Positions 13,372 through 25,265 of a DNA stretch of 56,356 nt are shown here, piece by piece. The stretch is from the NCBI GenBank assembly GCA_051942205.1, contig JAVECO010000156.1:1-56356 (forward strand). Direction: 5' to 3'. Each line of letters starts with the position of its first letter. Position 1 is the first letter of the stretch. The DNA comes from Coniocarpon cinnabarinum (lineage: Eukaryota). A program made the position numbers and the translations under genes. The notes under the pieces were generated by a model. The model saw only the letters and a program-made list of their open reading frames with translations, was not told the origin of the DNA and did no database searches.

Positions 13372-13610
13372 CGTACCAGCCGTTGCGAATGTCGAAATGC
13401 GCGGAAACCAAAAAGTGAATCTGAGTATTATCATGATGATGCTGTAATTATCTGACGCAGTCTGCTATTCGCAAAAGATGCTTTGGCAGAGCAAACAGCA
13501 ACCGCCGAGCTCATCTAGTTCAGACGAAAGTCGACGCAAGGCCCAGACGTCAGACCTCATGTGCGTTGAAGAGTCTCGATAGGCTCTGATCCGTGTTTCG
13601 ACACAAGGCT

Positions 13611-15806
13611 CTATGAGATCTTCGCGCCGCCGCCGGAATTATCATCTTCTCCCTCAGGTTCAGGCGTACTGCCTTCGTCATCCTCAGCATCGTCGTCTTG
13701 CTTGTCATCTCCTGCCTCATCCGACGGAAACGACTCAAAATCATCATCGACATTCGATTGGCCATTCTCCGCGTCGTCGAGACCCGCTTCGGCATCCATG
13801 TCCTCGACCGCCGCCTTCGTCTCGTCCTCTCGTTTCCGTTTTCGAGCGTTCAACGTCGCTTGCTGATTCAGCTTCGTCACATCACTCTCTTTGATTACAC
13901 CCTTCATCTCTCCATTCGCAGCGGGTCCTTCTATTCCTTCGTTGTCTTGCTTCGCTGCGCCATCGCCCCATCCAGGCGGTTTAACGAACCATGGCACTTT
14001 GCCTCTCAGAAAGTCATTCAGGAACATCTTTGCCACCCCATCGACGTCTCTCTCGCCCCCCTTTAATAACTTGCCGCTCCGCTCTGCTAGCTTCTCAAGG
14101 AATTCGTGGGCGTCCTTCCATCCGCCGATGCCGTACGTCCTCTCCACGTGTCGTCGTTCGCACATGTCCAAAGCCGCGTGCACGTACTGCGCAGGGTGCT
14201 CCACATTCTCAACACGCACCACTCCCCTCAATAGTAAATCACCGTCACTATCGCTGCGATTAGGCGGCACAACACCCGGACAATCAATGAGGTAGATCCG
14301 CTTCATGAGCGTGATGTACTGCCATACTTTCGTCTCGCCGGGGATGGGCGCAGTCTTGCAGACGCGCTTCGAGCGGAGAGTGTTGATGAGGGAGGACTTG
14401 CCCGTGTTGGGATAGCCGATGAGGCCGACGGAGATCTGGTGGCGGTTTTTGTGCAGCGCGGAAAACTGGCGGAGGAGGCTGATGAGGGAGCCTTTGCCGA
14501 AGGGGTTTTTGAGACTCGAGTGGAAGGCGAGGGTTGGATGGGAGGTGGAGAGGTGCTTGACCCATGTGGCCTTGGAGAGAGTCAGTGAGATTTCGAGAAC
14601 CGTTTCAGAGAGTTCTTTGGAGGGGGACGGATTGTCTGAATCGAAACTAGGAGGCTGTCCATCTATGCTGCCTGCTGGCAACTGAAACAGTCTCAACTCT
14701 GTCGAAACAGGAGAATGGCTCGGAGACTTCACTCAAGACGAGGGAGTCTGAGAGCTGGGGGGTTTCATCTTCCAATGGCGTAACGGACGTGCTTCCCATG
14801 GGGTGAATGCGAGATTCAGGGGATGGTGTCCTGACTAGCATTGGAGAAGGGTTGCTCGCCTACGGTCTTCAAACAGAGGGATCAGAACTTACCGCTACTT
14901 TCGTCGGCACCAGATCGCATTTGTTCAGGATGAGTAACAGATGCTTATGCGGCGCCTCGGTTTTCATGTATTTTTCAACATGATGACACCGCGTCCCTTC
15001 CGGATCCCGAGCATCCAGAACCTGAATCAAGACGTCGCTGGAATCGATGACCTTGTAAAGCTCGTTCCATATTCGTTTGCTTTGGCCCTTTGAGAAGATT
15101 GCTTCGCGTGCAACTGACAACTCTGCAGTGTCATCGTACTCGTCATCGTCATTGCCATTCGCACCGCGCAGCTCCGCTTCTTCTTGCCGCTTCTCGACGT
15201 ATTCTTCTTCGGCCTTCTCGTTCTTCTGCGCCATCTCTTCCATACCGCTCACATCCAGCTTCACCCTCTTTCTCCTGCTGTCCTTGCCAAACACATCCTT
15301 GAAGGGAGCTGCTTCCACTGCGATCTTGGCAGCGTGCTGTTTCAGGCCATTCATGCTGTTCTCGTCTTGTCCGTCGCGTATGAGGCTCATGGGGAGCTTG
15401 TTGCTTTTTAGCAAGTAGGTATACGGATCCGACGACTGCTTCACGGCTTCGCGAAACTGCGCAAGCGAGTCCTGCGCGATGACTCGAGTGTTGCCGAACC
15501 ATTTGCGATTTGGCTCGATTCGCGCTGGCGCTTTGTCTTTGGATTGGTATGCAGCGGCCTCGACGACATCGCCTTTCCTATTGTGACGTGCTTTACCGGA
15601 GTTTTCTATGGACAGACGTTTTGCCTTCTTCGCGTTCCTGTTAAACTCTGCATATCAGCCACGATATCTTTGAGGGATCTTGCAGTGTCCGCAATCAAAG
15701 CCACATACCGGTAGAAGTTCTCGCCTTTGGTTTTGATGTTGCCCATGCCATCCGCATTTTTGCCCTGCCGCTCCTTGCGAGCAGACTCCTTCTTGTAACT
15801 ACCCAT
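13611..15806 (-). CDS. nog2: Nucleolar GTP-binding protein 2 (introns ~15639-15708 and 14571-14892)
   Basis: [60 protein letters not shown] and DCPG: circularly permuted GTPase motifs. Confidence 0.97.
14630..14848 (-). ncRNA. snR191: Intronic box H/ACA snoRNA, snR191/U19 homologue (guides two pseudouridines in LSU rRNA helix 69)
   Basis: Hairpin 1 (CCAATG...CATTGG) has pocket AGTCA/GTTAC, with H box AGATGA (14765-14770) 14 nt downstream. Hairpin 2 has pocket AGAGT/TAGTT, with ACA (14633-14635) 14 nt downstream. The pockets pair with rRNA GUAAC-UA-UGACU and AACUA-UG-ACUCU. Yeast snR191 also lies in a NOG2 intron. Confidence 0.9.
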
Positions 15807-16048
15807 ATTGAATGGTATTGAGGTCCACAAAGCAGCTCAAGCTCTGGAGACACCTGTTTTGGCCTATACCCTTCTCCTCCGAGGACTGCTCCAATTTCGA
15901 ATTTCATCATCATACTGCCAAGATTTCATCGCGCTAGCCAGCCCTACGATCTTTATACATTGGCGGACTCCTTGATGGAGCGATTCAAAGACCTTTTTTC
16001 TGTGCCAGCTCGAACTTAGTCTTTTCTATCTTGCTGAGGGGTCTGGTC

Positions 16049-17137
16049 ATGTCTTCTACCACATATACGCGTCTTCATGGATGGCGCTGTCCGCGATGCA
16101 GCCATCAATTGCAGACCCATAACTTACCCATACGAACTTTCACCTCAGCTACATCACGATACCAGAATGTGCAGACCGGGAATGACTCGACACCTTCAAC
16201 GACAAGCACCGATACTGCTCCGCTGCCTAATCTAGCCTCCGACTCACCAGCTAAGCCTTCAATTGGCTATGCACCACCGACTGGACCAACGCGCGTAGCA
16301 CCAACACTCGGCAGCAACCCCGAGTCGCCCCGTTTTATCCGTGTTCCTCAGTCGCTCCAACCAGAGGTCAGAAAAGATCCTTGGGTCAAAGGCTTTCTAC
16401 CGAGACCGCGTGACATTTTTCACCACAGTCGCGGTGGTTTGAGGAGAATAGAGAAGAAACCGCTGCGAATGCCCTCCAAGTTCTCTCGCAAGCCTCCGAC
16501 CAAAACAACGACTCAGGAACGGGCTGAGCGCAACGCATACCGTGCGCGAATGGCTGCTATGCGCCGAGACAGTTTGAGAGGCGGTCTTGTCTCGCTTGCA
16601 AACCGACGGAATCGTCGTGAGGCGCGCAACGCCGCAAAGCACGAGAAGAGCAGCCGAGAGCGGCTCGAGACATTCGCAGCCCCGCCGCCGGAAGACGAAA
16701 GGCTTACACGCATGTCGCAAACTCGCGAGATGACTGCACCACTGAAGCACTCCGGACCCTACATGACAGACCCGAATGCCGCGGAACGACGAGCCGCTAA
16801 GGTGGCACGTTACGAAGCGCAGCGCGCACGCAAAGCATCAGAAACGCAGGAGGCGCTGCACACGTTGTACATGCGAGCACGAGATTTCATCGTCACAGAA
16901 GAGCAATTGGATCAAGAGATCGACTTGGCATTTGGGACGGCAGAGAGCCCAGCGCACTTCAAAAACAGGCCCAGTGTGTGGGCGCATGGACCTCCACCGA
17001 GCCTGCAGAGTATGTTGGATGCTACGGGTCAGACGGGCGGAGGGATGCTTAGCGAGAAGGATGAACAGGCTCGGGTGCGGTTGATGGAGAAGAGGATGAA
17101 GAAGGTGGCGGAGAAGTTGACGGGTGGGAAGATGTAG
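16049..17137 (+). CDS. Basic protein with mitochondrial presequence, probably mitoribosomal small-subunit protein mS26 (Pet12-like)
   Basis: Intronless 362-aa ORF with an R/S/T-rich N-terminus. C-terminal LHTLYMRARDFIVTEEQLDQEID and KVAEKLTGGKM resemble a conserved Pezizomycotina family; the mS26 label is recalled, not verified. Confidence 0.6.
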   Translation: MSSTTYTRLHGWRCPRCSHQLQTHNLPIRTFTSATSRYQNVQTGNDSTPSTTSTDTAPLPNLASDSPAKPSIGYAPPTGPTRVAPTLGSNPESPRFIRVPQSLQPEVRKDPWVKGFLPRPRDIFHHSRGGLRRIEKKPLRMPSKFSRKPPTKTTTQERAERNAYRARMAAMRRDSLRGGLVSLANRRNRREARNAAKHEKSSRERLETFAAPPPEDERLTRMSQTREMTAPLKHSGPYMTDPNAAERRAAKVARYEAQRARKASETQEALHTLYMRARDFIVTEEQLDQEIDLAFGTAESPAHFKNRPSVWAHGPPPSLQSMLDATGQTGGGMLSEKDEQARVRLMEKRMKKVAEKLTGGKM

Positions 17138-17308
17138 GCGTGGTGTTTAAGAGATGTAAGACAAGGTCAGGTTTCAGAAATACATGAACAGCAGAGAATT
17201 AGGCCAAAGATTCATTATCGTGTCCATGGAAGAGCTGCCTTGGTTGATGAAACACTGACGAGATATAGAAGAGACCTAAGCGAGCTACGACGTGGTCACA
17301 CGGCTGCA

Positions 17309-18379
17309 TTAGCACGTGGTAATATAAAGCCCAAGCCCAGGGGCGTTGTAATCCTCAAACCACTCCAACGCCGTCTCACCCACGCTCTTCATCTCAAACC
17401 CAACCGCCTGACCCTGTGGACACGCAAAACTCGCAACGACGTACGAGTTTCCTGGACTGACAGTCTTGACACCAAAATCCTGCTTCATGGCAGGCATGTT
17501 GCTAAAGCTCGTTCCCTGATTCGCGACAGCGGCGAGCATACCAAAGTCAATCTGTCCGCTGCCGGTCATGTTGTACGAGCTTGTGGTAAGCTCGTCTTTA
17601 TTTGGCAACAAGAAGACGAGTGAGCATGTCTTTCCGGCATCTGAAGAGGGGATGTCGAAGTTGAACAGCGAAGAGACAGACGGGGAGGCGATGCCGTTGT
17701 AGGATGTGCCACTTGCGCTGGTGGGGTTGGCGGAATCGGCGTGAATGATGAGGTGGGGGTATTCGTATGCCCCGGTAAGGACATCTGAACAGGCTGAAGG
17801 TGATGAAGTTGGCGGTACGGAGGTTGACGTCGGAGGCGGCGGCGGCGGAGGCGATGATGACGGCGGAGGAGGAGGGGGTGCTGGTGCGGGAGCAGCACAG
17901 CTACTAGCAGAAAGCGCGATAGGCACGCAGCCGACTTGACCAGCGGAATCAGACGTATAAATGTTCATGCCGCCATGATCACCCGTCTGGCAGGCGAAGA
18001 AGTTCGGAGAGCCATTGTAAGTAAGGCTGCTGGACGAGTTTACTGCAAAGCCAGGCTGTGGTGTAGCACCTTGGTCACATTGGAACTGCGTAGTAGGCGG
18101 AGTAAGGATGCACCCCTTGTGTGTTGAATCTGTGATGGCGCCATTATCGATGCAGTATTGAGCTGGTGGCAACCCCTGGCCAATACGATTCTGGCCATCA
18201 GCCCTTATTGAAGTCAGTGAGCGCTTAAAATGATGTCCAATGTCAATTGCGGCTTACAATTGACCCATTGGTCCACCTGGACCGCCGTTAGCCGTCAAAT
18301 CGAAGCAACAGGGTGCTTGACGAATGACGAGTGCAGCCCCTGGAGCCACGAAGGCGAGATTTGCCTGATTGAGTCGCAT
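17309..18379 (-). CDS. Secreted/cell-wall protein with Pro-rich linker and C-terminal But2-type domain (intron 18204-18257)
   Basis: Exon 1 MRLNQANLAFVAPGAALVIRQAPCCFDLTA..GQL|ADGQNRIG; GCILTPPTTQFQCDQG; YEYPHLII..SLFNFDIP..GKTCSLVFLLP. Confidence 0.8.
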
Positions 18380-19128
18380 TCTAAGTTTGCCACGTCCTAT
18401 GAGATACGATATTCAAAGAGAATTGAAAATGATGAAAGAGACTGGTCTATGCCGTTATGAATTTTTGCATTCTAGGTTGTATTCCACGCTTTTGAATGCA
18501 GGCCATTTCCAAGATGCTGCATGTCGCCCCGTCATCAAGTTAATAGAAAAGGATATTCATTACGATTATTCAGTCAACAAAATGAAGACGTGACTTGATT
18601 TGCCGTTGAAAACACTGACTGAATAACACTCGTGAGGCCGTGACGCAATGCGGAATGTTCGTGTTTCACATGAGCATTCCTTGCAGATCTAATCAGCGAG
18701 TTTGGGATCGCCGTAAATTCTCGGCCCTGTAATACTTTTCTACGTTCTTCCGTTTCACTGGAGCAGGCGAGCATAACCCTCGACTGCCCCTCTTGAAGGC
18801 TGGTCTTTTTGGTTATTGGAAACATGATGCTTCCTTGCTCACTCAAGAAGGATCATTCGCTGGCCCAGCTTTTTCCCGCGATATTGTCTCCTTGACGACC
18901 GAAAGCTAGGCTATGTAGCAGTATTGTCATTTTCACTGTCTCCTTCTCACGTGAGCCCTGCGTGGGAACCCCAGGTGAATAAAACCTCTGCTTTTAAACG
19001 AAGTCGCTGTGAGAGCATTCGGTGGATGGCAACAACGAGTTGCGTCTTCAAGTGAGACAAGCGAGGGACATGTGATGTTTGTCACAATGACGCGCAACGA
19101 TTAGTCTCCCCGTGCTGTGCACGCTCAA

Positions 19129-20958
19129 TTACAGACCCGGTTTTCGAGTGCGCTTTTTGGTTGGACTGAGCCATGTCAACTTTGAAGTTGGCGATAGCAG
19201 TGCACCACTTCTTATTGGTGCGAGCTGAGACGTTGCTCCTGCCTCGGCCTCTTCCTGCTGCTGCTGTTGCTGCTCCATATCTACTCCGGTCTCTGGCTTT
19301 TCTTCCAATCGGACTAACAATCTTTTCAAGATACTTTGTTTCCTCCATTCTCGTTCTTGTTGATTAATGCTGGATTTCGAAAAATTTTCCGGTGGCACCG
19401 AACTCGATTGTGGTAACGAGAATGTTGGTGGGCGTACTTCACGGTCAAGAGGACTCCCAAGCTCACACTGAAGCATTGCTTGTTGCAGCATGTGCCAGCG
19501 ATTTGTCTGAGCCCATCGACTTATCTTCAGAATAGCACCTGAAAAGATCCGTCAGCGTTCAATTCATGTCTACCCATGACATGGGGAAAAGGCTGTGGCA
19601 GTGCTGAGACCATTGTATTGCAAATTATAGGCTGTAGCCGTGATCTGTGACTCACCCCGTAAGCGGAACACTTCTTTTTCGCGGGACATGACCACCTCGC
19701 CAAAGTCGAATCCTCCTACTAGCGCAGCAGGCCACTCAACTACACCGTCATTACAGACGTTGCGCCAATGGATACGAAGCTCGGCAATCTCTGGACTCAT
19801 ACAAAGCGAGAAAACCGCAGTGGCGTGACTCGGAGGATCTTTCCCTGTACACGCTTTGAGGGCACCGTGCATGACGTAAACCGCGGTAGAGCCATCTCGA
19901 AGAGCCTTGAAAGTGCCACGTAAGTTCGAAACGAAAGACACGAATTTAGCGACCATAGGCGGGGCATAGGATCAGTCACGTACCTGTATTCGGGCTTTTG
20001 CCAACGGCTGTTTTACTTTGTACTCTGCGATGAAGAAGGGGAACCACGGCTCTTTGATCCCAGGAAGCGCGCCAAAAATGCTGGCCCAGGCTCGAGCAAG
20101 TCCATTGCTGAAGGCGCTTTCAGAATACCCAATAGAAACATGTGGCTTCATCTACAGAATTCCAAATCAGTCTGTGCGGTTTTCGAAATACCGTAAAAAA
20201 AAACCTACAGGAGGAGTTCCGCCAAGGTTATGATGAATTTTCCTCAGATCTTCGGCGGAAATGTTAGATGGTGCGGGCACTGACGTACTCCAAGTAGCAT
20301 CGCGGCAGATGTACAGTAAATCATGCTCCTTGTCGACCACATCACTTGTCACTTTGGAGAAGATGTTGTCAATGGTGTCCCTTTCGGACCGAGAGAAATG
20401 TTCCTGTGACATCCACATTATCAGTGCCTATCCCTGATATCAAACAGAAATGTGATCAGCGTGTAAGCGCAAATTGATATTAGTAAAGCAACGGCGAGAT
20501 ATCAGGCTTGTGGAAAGCGGAAGCACCCACTCTCCATATCCGTGTCAGCCGAGAGACGGACTGTGAACGGGGGGTTATACCACTCTCAGTGCGTCCAGTT
20601 GTGACGTGTTTGATCAATTCCTCTATGCCTTGGGGCTTGATCTGCTCATCGGCGAACCTTATTCGATAGATCTGAAGGAATTGTGCAATGTTGCCTTCAC
20701 CTTGCGACTTTCTCGCTGATTTCTCCGTTTCAAAGCTACTGTCTGATCCCTTTCATATCATATCATCAACCACGATTTGCTGGCGACATCGAAACCTTCT
20801 GAATAACATACTACAGAGCTCTGCCCTCCACTATCTTCACGTTGACTGGATTGCGAATAGTGAAGTTTATGCTGTTTCAAGTTCTGCCTCGTCAGTGCGC
20901 GCACACCCCTCCATGGCGAATCTTCATTATCTCGCCGCAAGAACGACTCGGTCGACAT
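19129..20958 (-). CDS. Multi-exon gene (possibly lesioned at the 5' end) for a DUF7924-like, PD-(D/E)xK-fold-like protein
   Basis: Introns 20152-20208 and 19906-19983 give GGTPP|MKPHVSIGY..PWFPFFIAEYK..ARIQ|ALRDGSTAVY..VFSLCM..ELRIHW..GAILKISRWA. The 5' exon structure could not be resolved without a stop. Confidence 0.55.
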
Positions 20959-22400
20959 GAGCTTCATTGTCCCAACATGTACCTAGGCCATGTACTTGGA
21001 AATGAGAGGTAGCCTCAATATCTGCATGTCAGAGGATCGTCGCATTTGAAAGAACTATGACGAGCCATGTCGTAAGCAAGCTGTCCATTTCGGCACCTTG
21101 CCGTTCTCTGTCAGGTTAGCAAATATAGTTTCCTAATTTACAAGTCCTAGATTAACGGCATCACAATTGCGACTTCTTTCTTGACTATCTCAAAGACCGA
21201 CCACGCGCGCACGCATCTGGCTGAGCAAGGACCAACTCATGGTCAGCTGGCGGCTGCAAAGCCTTTCACGCAACGCGGAAGCGGGTTATGTCCTATGCAA
21301 TGAGATTGATACGCCAGCTTTGAAAGTCGATGCTTTGGGCACAATTCTCGGCGTTTTCGAGCAGGCACAGCGCCACTACTGTTACGCAAGGTAGAACGTC
21401 CATCAAACTTCTTTGTGCTTTTGCATGTATCGATTGTTGTTAATGACACGGAGTCCCAATGCGACCCATTCGAGCACGCAAAGGGGCTGATTGAAAGTCG
21501 GGTCGAGAATTCCTCAGTTGGGATGAATACAAAACATCCCGCGCGTTTAAAGAGGTCATGTAGTTGCCTTGCCTTTTGGGCCTCAACGATTAGAGGCGTT
21601 CGGATGGGTGGCAGGATTTGACACGAGTCATGTCTCGCTTTGGGTTATGCCAAGCTTTTTCTTAGCTCATCTTCTCCGCACGCTTGACTCGAGTGAAAAA
21701 AACTCGCTGTGTGGCTTCTCGTTCCAGCAGAGTTTCATTTCAGCGCATCAAGAGAATCAAAGGCAACTCCCTAAACCATCCATGGAAGATCTGCTGCAGC
21801 TTCTTGTTCATCTAGGTGATCTCGCAGCGAAGAATCGAAAAAGGCAGCTTGACATCGAAGACCCATCTCCACATTGTCCCGTTTGCAAGTGGGACGCATC
21901 GTCCAATGCGGCGATGCGGCTATATGCAAGCGCATTAATCTTCCGGGAACACTTCCAGCCGTGCAAGATGCCAACGCCACTTCATCGGTGGTCCATCCTT
22001 TGCACCAATGAGCATCAATGGCTCAATCTCGGTCTGCGCGACTTTCACGATCAACATCTCTTCTGCACGTGGGCCCGGATGGCGGCACTGTCTCCTCTCT
22101 GCAAGCTTGTAAGCTCATTTCAATGAGGCTAGCGATCAACTCTGTGCTCGATGTGATTTGCTGAGGAATGTGCCTGTCTGCCTCCGCGGATTCCGAAGCG
22201 CTGTCTGCGTAAGTAGATCGAGTAAGTGTCGTCATGGCGCAGAGAGCTATATCAAGTCCTTTGCATCCTGCGCAGCCGTTTCTTTTCTGTTCTTGCTTAG
22301 TAGGCGACCTGATTTCGCAACTAACAAGGTAGCCCCGAGTAATAATAATACGAAGGCATAGACAAGAAGCTTGTCAAGCGGAACAAATCTCATTGACAAG

Positions 22401-23464
22401 ATGCACTTCTCAACGTTGGCACTGGCCGCGGTTGCTGCACCGCTGGCCATCGCAGCACCCACCAGCAAGCGACAGCAAATGGCATTGTCGAATGACGATG
22501 TTATGGTTCTTCAGCTAGCGCACTATCTCGAGAACCTCGAGTACGCACTTTACACGGGCGGCTGCGTACGTTCCTCACCGAGTCGCCGGCGTCACAAGTC
22601 GCAACTGACAAAACGTCCAGAATGATTTCACGGACGCCGATTATCAAGCTGCCGGTTTCCCCGCGGGTTTCCAGGAAAACGTCTGCGTAATCGCTAGCCA
22701 CGAGGCTACTCACAGAGGTAAAGTTATTCGAATTGTCATCCTCGAGTCAAACTCACATTCCCGCAGACACCCTCGCCCAGATCTTGACTGAAGGCGGCCA
22801 AACCCCCCTACCAGCCTGCACCTACACCTTTCCCTACAGCGACCCCGTCTCCTTCGTCGATACGGCAAATATGATCACGACGGGCGGCATAGGGGCCTAC
22901 CTAGGCGGCAGCGAACTGCTAACAGACAGTCCTACCCTCGAAGAGGCCGCGGGCTCTATCCTCACCGTCGAAGCGCGCCATGATGCCTATCTCCGCGCAG
23001 GGGTGGGCGGCTCTCCCTTCCCAACGGCCTTTGACACGGCCCTCACCGCTGAGTGGATCTTCAGCCTCGTGCAGATGTTTATCGAGTCCTGTCCTATGCA
23101 GTTGCCCGGTGTTGTGCAACTGCCCAAACTCATGGCTACTGCACCAGCACCTCAGCCGCATTTGATGCCCGCGCCTGCTCCCGGAACGCTCGTCGAGTTC
23201 AAGTGGGATCCTAGCACGTTCTTCAACCCGGTCGACTCGAACGCGCCTTTGTACATCGCCATGGTCAACCAGAACGTGAGCGCGCCTATCTTCCAGCAGG
23301 TGCAAAATCTCGACTTTGCAGCGGGCACCGGAAGCGTGCCATTGCCGGCCGAAGTCCAGGGGATTGCGTTTGCGGCTCTGACGACATTCTCTGGGGGCTT
23401 GGACTTGAACGCGCTCAGTCAGTACGGGACGCTCGCCGGACCTGCCGAGGTCGTGGTGTCTTGA
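22401..23464 (+). CDS. Secreted ferritin-like domain protein (Rds1-like), 3 exons
   Basis: Signal peptide MHFSTLALAAVAAPLAIA; DVMVLQLAHYLENLEYALY, IASHEATH, GIGAYLG, SILTVEARHDAYLR. Confidence 0.85.
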
Positions 23465-23807
23465 TAAGTATGAACGCTTGAATAGCCCATCAGGGGACTC
23501 GAATATTATCATTACACATACCCATATAGTCATAGTGCTTAATGATGAAATAAAATGGTGCTCAGACAGAATAGGATGGGGCTCAACATTTTTGCCACCG
23601 CAATCATCGTGACGACAGCAGAATCCATGCGCTCAGACAGGTGCTCAGACAGCACTTCAAGTGATATTGCTATAAATGTTGCCTTTCCTCACACATTTTT
23701 CCTTTCCTTGATTACTCCATTCTGAACACGTTCACTGACAGCAAATATCGTGTGCAACTTAACCCACTCAGAACACGAAAGAAGAGAAAAGCAATCGAAG
23801 ACGCACA

Positions 23808-25114
23808 ATGTAAGTAGCTTCTGCTGCTGTCCTCGAGCTACTTAGCAGGACATTTTTATTACCTTCTAATACATACTTTCCGTTGAGTAAACTCCTCAGC
23901 ATCCTACACATTTTCTTATTTAACTCCGCGGATCTCTGCCTTTAATCAAGAGATGCGCAGGTCTAGCACATTCACGTCACTAAACACATTGCATTTTCCC
24001 TATTTCAGAATGTTGCCCTCTTCGCATGTCGAATTGATCAGCACCCTAGCACTGCTTGACCGTCAGCCCCAGAAACAGCAAACTAACATAAGCACAACAG
24101 GTCTATTCTCATCACAATTCTCGTCGCACTATTCACATTCCTCATCCCGCGACAAGTCTTCTCCTTTCCCGTGCCGGCCCCGCAACTCATCTGGCCAGAC
24201 AAGTTCAACCTGGCCGAAATCGTCAACAAGACCATCTCGGCCGCATACACGGACAGCACGAACAGAGCCCCTCTGCTACCCAGAGGCATCGGACGCTGGG
24301 ACACCTCAGCACCAGACATTGGCCCCTCTCCCGAGCACATAAGTTTCAGCTCTTCGATCGGCCGTCGAGATGTCCCGAAGAACCGCACGCCTCATGTCAT
24401 CAGTGCAAGTATTGCGCCGTTACAGCCCTCGGCGTCTCCCTCTCCGGTGCGGAACTCGAACTCCTCCGCTGACTCGAAAGAGTTTGACGTCCGGTCCGAC
24501 AGCGAATCTCCTGAGGAATGGCTGGCGGGTTGCACACCCGAGAACGGCTGTGTCGTGCCGCCGAAGGGTGGGTTCAGGTACGATGTCAGGGTATGTCATT
24601 TCCAATGCACGCCGCGAAAGGGATGCGCGGATTCGGACACGACACGGTTCACCGGAGAACGGCCGCCAGGTATTGTAAGTTTTACCCTCGATTGCCCGGC
24701 GTTTGAGCTTTTGGGTAAAAAGTACGCAGGAATACACCTCAGCACAGCGCTGACCTGCACATCCAGATAAACACCCCTGCTACGGAATGCACCGTCATCG
24801 ACACATGGACCAATCTCCCGATCGAGGCATGTTCGGAGCCAGACGGTAAAGGCACTTGTAAGCGCCTTGACACGACGCCGGACGGGGACATGACGCCGGA
24901 GGGAGAGGAGGAGCCTGCTATTTGCTTCCATCCACAAATTGGTGGGAAGGACCTGGTTGATAAATGGACTGGGGATAAGATACTCGAAACGAGCAGGATG
25001 AATTGTCGGACCAAGGGCACACAGAGTCTCAGACTATGGGGAGGATATACGATTCCGGAAGAGGCCCAGCCCGAGACGGTGGTGTTTGAAGGGGTTGAAA
25101 GGATCGAAGGGTAG
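23808..25114 (+). CDS. Orphan Cys-rich secreted protein; start codon split AT|G by intron 23810-24100; second intron 24675-24766
   Basis: AT/GTAAGT...CTAAC...CAG/G gives MSILITILVALFTFLIPRQVFSFPVPAP, in frame with ORF 24171. A second GTAAGT...GCTGAC...CAG intron joins the frame of ORF 24890..25114. Confidence 0.72.
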
Positions 25115-25265
25115 CTGATGAGAAGAATATAGAGGGGGGCTGCGGCACTGTGGGGTCTGCTTCTTGAGCAATGTGGTTTCTACTTGTTGAACATGATGCG
25201 GTTGGATATCCCTAAAGTAGGCTCGCTTTGAGTTTGATCTTGTTACTGAATACATGATATAACTT

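Noticed and set aside
14571..14732. N-terminus of ORF 13611..14732 as coding
   Set aside because: It is read-through into the snoRNA-bearing nog2 intron. Splicing gives the conserved [13 protein letters not shown].
21569..22126. Small Cys/His-containing ORF (ATG at about 21782)
   Set aside because: No recognisable domain or splice support. It may be a relic but cannot be called.
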